DNA of 8,089 bases from Verrucomicrobia bacterium UBA3869. GTDB taxonomy: Bacteria; Verrucomicrobiota; Verrucomicrobiia; Opitutales; UBA9783. Made by a program: the position numbers and the translations under genes. Shown in pieces: positions 1 to 6,176 of the stretch (position 1 is the first letter of the stretch; every line of letters begins with the position of its first letter). The notes below the pieces were generated by a model. That model was not told the origin of the DNA. It worked only from the letters and a program-made list of their open reading frames with translations, and did not search any database. The stretch covers positions 1 to 8,089 of the forward strand of contig DGGR01000008.1 of NCBI GenBank assembly GCA_002392285.1, given 5' to 3'.

Positions 1-494
1 CCCATGTCGAGCATGCGGTCGGCCTCATCGAGCACGCAGCAACTTACGTTGTTTAACGGCAATAAGGAGCGTTTGTGTAAATCCATTAAACGCCCAGGGG
101 TTGCGACCAAAATATCGATACCCTTTTTAATCGCGCGAATTTGAGGATTTTCATTAACTCCGCCGAAAATAGCCCCCCAACGTAGATGGGTATGGCGTCC
201 ATAACGCTTTAAATGTTCCGCTATCTGCAAAGCTAATTCGCGCGTAGGTACCAAAATTAAGGCTTTGGGTGAGCGACTTGATTGTGCCAATGGTTTCGTG
301 AGTAGGTTGTGTAAAATGGGCAAGGCAAAGGCGGCTGTTTTCCCGGTTCCGGTTTGAGCAATACCTAACAGGTCATGTCCTTGGAGAATGAGCGGAATGG
401 CTTGCTCTTGAATTTTGGTTGCCTGAGTGTAATGCACTTCATCGATTGCTTGTAGCAATAAGGGATCTAAATGGAAGTCCGAAAACAGCATCAT
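1..494 (-). CDS. ATP-dependent DEAD-box RNA helicase (RhlE/DeaD family), N-terminal 164 codons; the 3' part lies beyond the window
   Basis: Absent from the supplied ORF track because it is open at the window edge. My reverse-complement translation from ATG 494-492 reads MMLFSDFHLDPLLLQAIDEVHYTQATKIQEQAIPLILQGHDLLGIAQTGTGKTAAFALPIL..KALILVPTRELALQI..IFGGV..DILVATPGRLMDL..CCVLDEADRMLDMG. This contains the Q-motif, motif I (AQTGTGKT), Ia (PTRELA), Ib (TPGRL) and II (DEAD) in canonical order. No SD precedes the ATG (upstream is ..tacctctt). Confidence 0.9.
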   Translation of the reverse strand, partial: MMLFSDFHLDPLLLQAIDEVHYTQATKIQEQAIPLILQGHDLLGIAQTGTGKTAAFALPILHNLLTKPLAQSSRSPKALILVPTRELALQIAEHLKRYGRHTHLRWGAIFGGVNENPQIRAIKKGIDILVATPGRLMDLHKRSLLPLNNVSCCVLDEADRMLDM

Positions 495-611
495 AAGAGG
501 TAGTAAAAAGGAGATACGTTAGGCTTGTCAATAAGACTTCTAGGCTTTAAAAGGAGGCAATGGATTTTAGGTTGAATCGGTGGATGGTTTAAGCTTAACT
601 AAAGAAGTATT

Positions 612-1730
612 ATGCACATTTTTGTTCCTAAAGAGATGGAGGCTGAAACCCGTGTGGCAGTTACCCCAGATAGCGTTAAAAAACTCATTGCCTTGGGCTG
701 TTCGGTTACGGTTGAAGCATCGGCAGGAGAAAAAAGTGGATTTATAGATGCAACGTACCAGGAAGCAGGCGCGCACCTAAGTACTTCAGAGCAACGGCAG
801 GAAAATTTGCGCCAAGCGGATGTGATCGTGAAGGTTTTGCCTTTACCATTAGAGGATATTGCTTGTTTACAGCCAAAAGCATGGCATATCAGCTTTTTGG
901 ATACATTCCGTTATGTAGATGCGTTGGCAGCCTTTCAAAAGCAACAAACAAATGTCATTAGCTTGGAGCGTATCCCCCGTACCTCATTTGCCCAAAAGAT
1001 GGATGCCGTTAGTTCGCAATCCAATTTGGCAGGTTATGTTGGGGTGCTCAAGGGTATCGCGTGTTTAAAAAAAGCGGTACCGATGTTCGTAACAGCCGCA
1101 GGGACTTTACAACCAGCGCGCGTTTTTGTCATCGGAGCAGGGGTAGCAGGTCTGCAGGCGATTGCAACTGCCAAACGCTTAGGAGCTAGGGTGGAGGCAT
1201 TTGATACCCGCCCAGAGGTTGAAGAACAGGTGCGTTCGGTAGGCGCAAAATTCGTCAAAATTGATTTAGGGGAGACCGGCACAACGCAACAAGGCTATGC
1301 AAAATCATTGACGGATGAGCAATTACAACGCCAACGTGAATTGTTGGTAACCACCTGCGCTCGTGCAGATATCGTGATTACGACAGCAAAGGTTTTTGGC
1401 CGTAAAGCGCCGATTATCATCAATCAGGCCATCCTAGACGCTATGCAACCCAATAGCGTTGTGGTGGATTTGGCGGTTGAGGCAGGAGGAAATACGGAAG
1501 GATTGGTTCCCGGTAGTACGACGCGTACCAACAAGGGTGTTTATATTTTAGGTGAAGGTTATTGGGAACGTAATGTCCCTATGGCGGCATCACAACTGTT
1601 TGCGAATAATGTAGTAGCGTTCCTGCAGCATATCTTGGATGCTGGAAGCGCTCAAATCAAACAGGATGAAAGCGATTCCATTTTAAGCAGCTGCTGGATT
1701 CTCAAGGATGGCCAAAATCGCTTAAAGTAA
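612..1730 (+). CDS. pntAA: NAD(P) transhydrogenase alpha subunit part 1 (soluble dI, NAD(H)-binding domain)
   Basis: 372-aa ORF. The N-terminus MHIFVPKE..ETRVAVTP is typical of the AlaDH/PNT family. Blocks match PntA rather than alanine dehydrogenase as I recall E. coli and R. rubrum PntA: PRTSFAQKMDAVSSQSNLAGY, VIGAGVAGLQAI..LGA.V.AFDTRPEV.EQV.S.GA.F, GYAK, DIVITTA, VVVDLA..GGN. The length equals a complete dI with no membrane-spanning C-terminal extension. Confidence 0.85.
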   Translation: MHIFVPKEMEAETRVAVTPDSVKKLIALGCSVTVEASAGEKSGFIDATYQEAGAHLSTSEQRQENLRQADVIVKVLPLPLEDIACLQPKAWHISFLDTFRYVDALAAFQKQQTNVISLERIPRTSFAQKMDAVSSQSNLAGYVGVLKGIACLKKAVPMFVTAAGTLQPARVFVIGAGVAGLQAIATAKRLGARVEAFDTRPEVEEQVRSVGAKFVKIDLGETGTTQQGYAKSLTDEQLQRQRELLVTTCARADIVITTAKVFGRKAPIIINQAILDAMQPNSVVVDLAVEAGGNTEGLVPGSTTRTNKGVYILGEGYWERNVPMAASQLFANNVVAFLQHILDAGSAQIKQDESDSILSSCWILKDGQNRLK

Positions 1731-1767
1731 GCCAATTTGACCTTTGGAACGCTACTAAGCGCCGCTC

Positions 1768-1880
1768 TTAGAACGGTCTTCCTGTGCCAAATAGATTTGG
1801 TCGGAATGCATCTATCAAAACCGGATGTGTTCATTCCTAACGGATACTTAAGGCGCCTAAACCCTTTCATCTATGGATCA
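1768..1880 (-). pseudogene. Decayed, frameshifted 3' fragment of a paralog of the outer-membrane protein gene at 7106-8065
   Basis: Hand alignment of plus-strand 1768-1811 (ttagaacggtcttcctgtgccaaatagatttggtcggaatgcat) against 7106-7150 (ctagaaggatctccctacgccgatatagacctggtcggaatggag) gives 33/45 identical columns with one 1-nt gap and an exact 11-mer (tggtcggaatg). On the minus strand the fragment reads MHSDQIY, then a 1-nt deletion, then GTGRPF-stop. The intact gene reads LHSDQVYIGVGRSF-stop, and the stop codons align. Upstream (1812-1880), ordered blocks ggatg, actta..gcgcc..aa and catct.atg recur with small indels and in-frame stops. Confidence 0.55.
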
Positions 1881-1925
1881 CTAATCTCCCTTTTTGCCTG
1901 AGCCCTCTTAAAAGGCATTGTGAGT

Positions 1926-1988
1926 GCACTGTTTATACTCTGTAAGCTTTTTACTTTTTTGAACAGGTACTGTTTATGCTTTATAATA
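1926..1988 (+). repeat. Imperfect ~22-bp direct repeat (core ACTGTTTAT) with 41-bp period upstream of glgP
   Basis: gcactgtttatactctgtaagc (1926-1947) and gtactgtttatgctttataata (1967-1988) share 16/22 positions. The exact 9-mer ACTGTTTAT occurs at 1928-1936 and 1969-1977. The second copy overlaps the candidate -10 hexamer. Confidence 0.4.
1959..1987 (+). promoter_or_regulatory. Candidate sigma70-type promoter for glgP
   Basis: TTGAAC (1959-1964), an exactly 17-nt spacer, then TATAAT (1982-1987), ending 20 nt upstream of the glgP ATG at 2008. The implied leader is only ~14 nt and lacks a well-placed SD (GGAG at 1991-1994 is 13 nt from the ATG). This is a motif match only. Confidence 0.35.
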
Positions 1989-2007
1989 ATGGAGAACCTC
2001 GACTCCT

Positions 2008-4443
2008 ATGATTCTTTCTAAAGAAGCTTTGAAAGCGTCTATTCAGCGCCATTTATATCAAACCATTGCGCGACCCATTCATGCTGCAACCAAGCACGAT
2101 TGGTGGTTAGCGAGTTGTTATGCCATCAATGAGCATATTTTGCAGCATTTGACGGAAAACCAAGCGATTCAAAAGCAGAAGGATGTAAAGCGGGTGTATT
2201 ATTTCTCGCTGGAATACCTGATTGGCCGCTTGCTCAATACCAATGTAGATAATTTAAACCTTAAAGAGACGCTCATAGAAGTCCTGAAAGATTTTGGGCA
2301 AGACTACGATGTGATCCGTCATGAAGAATGCGACATGGGGCTGGGCAATGGAGGCTTGGGGCGTTTAGCGGCGTGTTTTATGGATTCGCTGGCAACCCTT
2401 GATTATCCGGCAGTTGGTTATGGAATTTTGTATGAATTTGGGCTGTTTAAACAAGCGATTCATGACTTGAAGCAGGAAGAATTGCCGGACAGCTGGTTAA
2501 CCTTTGGCAATCCTTGGCGTTTATTACGTTCTGACCGTACGCAAAGGGTGCACATTGGTGGGCATTTGGAGTCTTATCAAACCGAAACAGGTGAGCAGCG
2601 GCAACGTTGGGTAGGAACAAAAACCATTTTGGGGGTACCTTGGGATATTCCGATTGTCGGTTACCATGGGACCACAGTTAATTATTTACGGTTGTGGGAA
2701 TCGCGTGCGTCAGAAGATTTTGACCTCAAGGTGTTCAATGAGGGGGGGTATATTGAAGCGGTTCGAGACAAAGCTTACGGTGAAACCATTTCCAAGGTTT
2801 TATACCCCAACGACCGTATTGAAAATGGAAAAAAATTGCGCCTCATGCAGGAGTACTTTTTTGCCGCCTGTTCGTTGCATGACATTATCCGTCGTTATAA
2901 GCGCGCTCATGATTCTTTTAACGAATTTGCGGAAAAGGTGGTGATTCAGTTGAATGATACCCATCCTGCCATTGCCATTCCAGAATTGATGCGCATTTTT
3001 ATCGATGAAGAAGGCATGGATTGGCAATCTGCATGGGATTTATGTCGATCGGTGTTTGCGTATACCAATCATACCTTGTTGCCCGAAGCACTCGAGCGTT
3101 GGAGCGTTCCGTTAATCCAGAAGCTTTTACCGCGCCACCTGCAGCTGATTTACGAAATCAATCAGTGGGTGTTGGATAAAGAGGTGTCTGTGAAGTGGCC
3201 TGGAGATAACAATAAGCGCCAGCGGTTGTCCCTAATTGAAGAAGGAAATCCACAGTACGTTCGTATGGCATCGCTATCGATTGTGGGAAGTTTTTCTGTC
3301 AACGGGGTGGCAAAGTTACACACCCAGTTGCTTAAGGAGCAATTATTCCCTGAATTTAATGAGCTGTATCCCCATAAATTTAACAACAAAACCAATGGGG
3401 TAACCCCACGCCGTTGGATTCAATCTATCAATCCTCGCTTGGCCACTTTTATCACACGCACCTTGGGTCATGAGCGTTGGTTAACGGATCTAGAGCAACT
3501 GAAACAGTTGGAACAGTATGTTGATTCCGATGAGCATTTGAATACGTACCGTGCGATCAAACAAGCAAACAAACGCGATTTAGCGCAGTATATCCATTCG
3601 TATTGTGGTATCGAAGTGGATCCATCGGCCTTATTCGATGTCCAGATCAAACGGATCCATGAATATAAACGGCAGCATTTGAACTTGTTATATGCGCTCA
3701 AGCTGTATAGCGATTTATTGAACGGCAAACGCTCGACCGACCTCAAGCGCGTTATTATTTTCGCTGGCAAAGCAGCCCCTGGATACGCCTTTGCTAAGGA
3801 AATGATTTATGGGATTAATGTGTTTGCTCAACGGGTCAATCAAGATCCAAAGATCGAAGGAGCGCTTAAGGTTATTTTTGTTCCTAATTACAATGTAACC
3901 TTAGCCGGTAAAATCATTCCTGCGGCGGATTTATCAGAGCAGATTTCAACGGCAGGTAAAGAGGCGTCAGGCACCGGTAATATGAAATTGGGGCTCAATG
4001 GAGCGTGTACCATTGGAACGTTGGATGGCGCTAATATCGAAATGCTCGATTACGTGGGTAAGGATAACATCTTTATCTTCGGTCATACCGTTGAAGAACT
4101 GGATGCATTGCGCCGTAAGGGTTACCATCCGTACGATTATTATCGGGATAATCCAACCCTGCATCAGTTGTTGGATTGGATGAACAGCGACTGTTTTATG
4201 CAGAACGGCCAATATCCTTTGCGGTCGATTCGCGATAACCTCTTGAATGGCGATCCATTCTTCGTACTGGCCGACTTTCAGGCTTATTGCGCGATGCAAG
4301 ATACCTGCGAACGTATTTGGCAACAGTCCCGTTTGTGGACCCAAAAAGCCTGGCTCAATACCGCCCGCTTAGGTTATTTTTCCAGCGACCGTACCATCCG
4401 AGATTACGTCAAGGATATTTGGAAATTACAGGTGTTGCATTAA
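2008..4443 (+). CDS. glgP: Glycogen/maltodextrin phosphorylase (GT35 alpha-glucan phosphorylase)
   Basis: 811-aa ORF of typical family length. Hallmark blocks: YFSLEYLIGR, GLGNGGLGRLAACF.DS.A, LNDTHPA..IPELMR, NGV..LH, TNG.TPRRW, and the PLP-lysine region EASGTGNMKLGLNGA. ATG 2008 is the first start after an in-frame stop at 1987-1989. Confidence 0.95.
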   Translation: MILSKEALKASIQRHLYQTIARPIHAATKHDWWLASCYAINEHILQHLTENQAIQKQKDVKRVYYFSLEYLIGRLLNTNVDNLNLKETLIEVLKDFGQDYDVIRHEECDMGLGNGGLGRLAACFMDSLATLDYPAVGYGILYEFGLFKQAIHDLKQEELPDSWLTFGNPWRLLRSDRTQRVHIGGHLESYQTETGEQRQRWVGTKTILGVPWDIPIVGYHGTTVNYLRLWESRASEDFDLKVFNEGGYIEAVRDKAYGETISKVLYPNDRIENGKKLRLMQEYFFAACSLHDIIRRYKRAHDSFNEFAEKVVIQLNDTHPAIAIPELMRIFIDEEGMDWQSAWDLCRSVFAYTNHTLLPEALERWSVPLIQKLLPRHLQLIYEINQWVLDKEVSVKWPGDNNKRQRLSLIEEGNPQYVRMASLSIVGSFSVNGVAKLHTQLLKEQLFPEFNELYPHKFNNKTNGVTPRRWIQSINPRLATFITRTLGHERWLTDLEQLKQLEQYVDSDEHLNTYRAIKQANKRDLAQYIHSYCGIEVDPSALFDVQIKRIHEYKRQHLNLLYALKLYSDLLNGKRSTDLKRVIIFAGKAAPGYAFAKEMIYGINVFAQRVNQDPKIEGALKVIFVPNYNVTLAGKIIPAADLSEQISTAGKEASGTGNMKLGLNGACTIGTLDGANIEMLDYVGKDNIFIFGHTVEELDALRRKGYHPYDYYRDNPTLHQLLDWMNSDCFMQNGQYPLRSIRDNLLNGDPFFVLADFQAYCAMQDTCERIWQQSRLWTQKAWLNTARLGYFSSDRTIRDYVKDIWKLQVLH

Positions 4444-4493
4444 GATAGTTTAGGATTGACTTTTTACTAAAACATCTTATCCATTTTTATTAA

Positions 4494-5282
4494 ATGGTCC
4501 CGCTTTCAGAAGAACTTTATCGAAAATGGCAACCTATAAAAGCTTCTAGGATTTTACTTGGAGCCTTAGTTCAAGCCAAGGAGCAAGATATGCAGGAAAG
4601 CATTTTAAATCGTCTGAAAGATTATTGGCATTGTAGGCGTTTCCTGAATTTACATTATGATTTGCAAAAGATTTTGGAAGAAGAGCAAAATAGCTATTCT
4701 AGCTACAAGTATGGCCAATCCTATTTCTACCAATCCTGCAAGCCCTGTCACATAACGGGTTTGCGCAGCACCGAAGCACGGATTGCTTCCATGGGATTGC
4801 AAAGCCTTGTTAAAGGAGCAAGAGTCTTGGATATTGGATGTAACGTAGGTTTCTTAGATTTAGAATTGGCACCGTTTGCGCAATCTATTGCTGCTTTTGA
4901 TATTAATCTCTATTGCATTAAAATTGCTCAAAGAGTAGCCGATCAACTTAATATAAAAAATGTTCATTTTATCTGTACAACATTTGAGGATTTTCATGAA
5001 GAGCAATTATACGACGTGGTATTATCCTTTGCAAATCACCATACTTACGATCAAAATACCACTCAAAGCCTAGAGGAATATTTTTTAAAAATATCCACCT
5101 ACTTGCGGCCAGGGGGGGGCATGCTATTTGAGAGTCATGCTCCTACCTATGAAACTCCGGAACAATTGAGTAGAACTCTTAAAGTTATATCGAAATTCTT
5201 TGATATAAAAAAACAATCTGTATTAAAAAAGGGGAATAAGGGGGATAAGGGCCGTACCTTTTGCGTATGTGTTAAAAAATAG
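4494..5282 (+). CDS. Class I (Rossmann-fold) SAM-dependent methyltransferase, substrate unknown; alternative start at 4590
   Basis: 262-aa ORF. Motif I is ARVLDIGCNVGFLDLELA, followed by the acidic beta-2 end (AAFDIN), a later YDVVLSFANHH strand and GGMLFESH. No SD precedes ATG 4494. The internal ATG at 4590 (Met33) is preceded by AAGGAG (4578-4583) with a 6-nt spacer. My hand count for 4501-5280 is 291 G+C in 780 nt (37%). Confidence 0.75.
   Translation: MVPLSEELYRKWQPIKASRILLGALVQAKEQDMQESILNRLKDYWHCRRFLNLHYDLQKILEEEQNSYSSYKYGQSYFYQSCKPCHITGLRSTEARIASMGLQSLVKGARVLDIGCNVGFLDLELAPFAQSIAAFDINLYCIKIAQRVADQLNIKNVHFICTTFEDFHEEQLYDVVLSFANHHTYDQNTTQSLEEYFLKISTYLRPGGGMLFESHAPTYETPEQLSRTLKVISKFFDIKKQSVLKKGNKGDKGRTFCVCVKK
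5112..5119 (+). repeat. G8 homopolymeric tract inside the methyltransferase CDS
   Basis: The sequence cc-a-gggggggg-c is read as CCA GGG GGG GGC (P-G-G-G) in frame. It is the longest homopolymer I found in the window. A G7 tract also exists in glgP at 2742-2748. Confidence 0.9.
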
Positions 5283-5346
5283 AGCAAGTTCATAAGCTTT
5301 ATTATAGAGTTTGCTTTCATTTGATCGGAATCGTTAAGGTTGAATT

Positions 5347-6168
5347 ATGTCTATCTTTCATCCCGATAAATTTCTATTGATTGTGGGTCCTTGTGCCCTT
5401 GAAACAGATGCGGTTTGCGAAGAAGTAGCATCGGTATTGACCTCCTTACAGCAACAGTATCCATCGAAATTAACGGTCGTCTTTAAGGGATCCTTTGACA
5501 AGGCTAACCGGACTCAGGTGAAGAGCGCCCGTGGAGTTGGAATGGAGCGGGGTTTGGCCTTGCTGTCCCATATCCGCTCCCAATATAACTTACCGGTCAC
5601 AACGGATATCCACGAATCCCATCAGGCAGCATCGGTTGCCAAAGTATGCGATATGTTGCAAATCCCTGCGTTTTTATGCCGGCAAACGGATTTGTTGCGG
5701 GCAGCGGCAGAAACGGGACGGTGTGTGAGTGTAAAAAAGGGACAGTTTTTATCTCCGTTTGATATGCGTTATGTGGCTGAAAAACTGCAGTATTTTTATG
5801 CCAAAGAAACGATTTTAATGGAGCGCGGTACCACGTTTGGTTATGGGAACCTAGTAGTTGATATGCGTGCGTTTGATATTTTGAAACAAACGCATTGTCC
5901 GGTAGTGTTCGATGCGACTCATAGCTTACAATTGCCAGGATGCGGTACGCAAACAACTGGCGGCGATCGGTGTTATTTGCCATCTTTATCCAAAGCAGCC
6001 TTGGCTGCGGGTGCCGATGGGCTGTTTGTTGAGGTTCATCCTGACCCTGCATCGGCCTGGTCGGATTCAGCCACTCAACTGCCATTGGCCCAACTACCGG
6101 CCTTGGTTGAACAATGGCTTGCGCTGTGGGAGTTGAACCGTACGTTGCCCACAATTAACTTAGCCTAA
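5347..6168 (+). CDS. kdsA: 2-dehydro-3-deoxyphosphooctonate aldolase (KDO-8-phosphate synthase), Cys-type (metal-dependent class)
   Basis: 273-aa ORF. AAGG (5336-5339) lies 7 nt before the ATG. Strong family blocks: GPCALE, FKGSFDKANRT, TTDIHE, IPAFLCRQTDLL, VKKGQFLSP, ERGTTFGY.NLVVD, DATHSLQLPG, FVEVHPDP..SDS.TQLPL. The GPC Cys, the DATH His, the VEVH Glu and the SD Asp correspond to the four metal ligands of Aquifex-type KDO8PS. Confidence 0.93.
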   Translation: MSIFHPDKFLLIVGPCALETDAVCEEVASVLTSLQQQYPSKLTVVFKGSFDKANRTQVKSARGVGMERGLALLSHIRSQYNLPVTTDIHESHQAASVAKVCDMLQIPAFLCRQTDLLRAAAETGRCVSVKKGQFLSPFDMRYVAEKLQYFYAKETILMERGTTFGYGNLVVDMRAFDILKQTHCPVVFDATHSLQLPGCGTQTTGGDRCYLPSLSKAALAAGADGLFVEVHPDPASAWSDSATQLPLAQLPALVEQWLALWELNRTLPTINLA

Positions 6169-6176
6169 GGGTTGAC

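Noticed and set aside
495-531. Perfect -35 TTGACA (minus strand, 531-526) upstream of the helicase, suggesting a near-leaderless transcript
   Set aside because: The hexamer at 17-nt spacing is TTTTAC, a poor -10. Without TSS data the leaderless idea is unsupported, so it is not listed as a feature.
551-592. Strong AAGGAGG (551-557) followed by a 10-codon mini-ORF MDFRLNRWMV (560-592) in the helicase/pntAA divergent spacer
   Set aside because: The SD-to-ATG spacing is only 2 nt, too short for efficient initiation, and the peptide has no features. It could still be a leader peptide, but the sequence alone does not support it.
567-776. 69-aa minus-strand ORF across the pntAA start
   Set aside because: It overlaps the well-supported pntAA N-terminus in antisense. 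It is Cys/Phe/Arg-rich with no motif and no SD.
1718-1771. Small hairpins after pntAA: GCTTA-AAG-TAAGC across the stop codon and CTAAG-cgccgct-CTTAG (1755-1771)
   Set aside because: The stems are only 5 bp, AT-containing, and not followed by a T tract. They are not credible intrinsic terminators.
1652-1870. 72-aa minus-strand ORF spanning the pntAA 3' end and the spacer
   Set aside because: It overlaps pntAA, and through the OMP-like fossil it is in a different reading frame from the one that shows homology (it reads CIPTKSIWH where the homologous frame reads HSDQIY). It is best explained as a chance open frame in decayed DNA.
1731-1901. 56 sense codons in frame after the pntAA TAA stop (ANLTFGTLLSAALRTVFLCQ...SLFA, then TGA): possible readthrough extension or fused pntAB remnant
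   Set aside because: The peptide does not resemble the PntA dII/PntAB transmembrane segment as I recall it. The open frame is the antisense of the OMP fossil, and an open stretch this long has roughly a 7% chance expectation. I see no readthrough context.
2742-2748. G7 tract in glgP as a second phase-variable site
   Set aside because: It lies in a conserved housekeeping enzyme, where frameshifting would be simply deleterious, and it is shorter than tracts known to vary appreciably. It is kept only as a control for interpreting the G8 tract.
2654-4344. Nested or antisense ORFs inside glgP (2654-2944 +, 2800-3027 -, 3162-3395 -, 3468-3770 -, 3967-4344 -, 3998-4183 +)
   Set aside because: All lie inside the 811-aa glgP frame, whose family motifs are continuous. 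None has a recognisable domain or ribosome-binding site.
4451-5346. Possible target-site duplication flanking the methyltransferase (TTAGGATTGA at 4450-4459 vs TTAAGGTTGA at 5334-5343; shared TTTATTA)
   Set aside because: The match is only ~8/11, in AT-rich DNA where such matches are expected by chance. The right-hand copy is the kdsA SD region. There are no inverted repeats or recombinase gene.
5597-6154. 185-aa ORF antisense to kdsA, plus the 65-aa and 74-aa same-strand out-of-frame ORFs at 5531-5728 and 5912-6136
   Set aside because: They are fully nested in a strongly supported kdsA CDS. The translations are low-complexity (P/Q/H/T-rich) with no motifs, SD or signal. This is typical of shadow ORFs opposite a moderately GC-rich gene.
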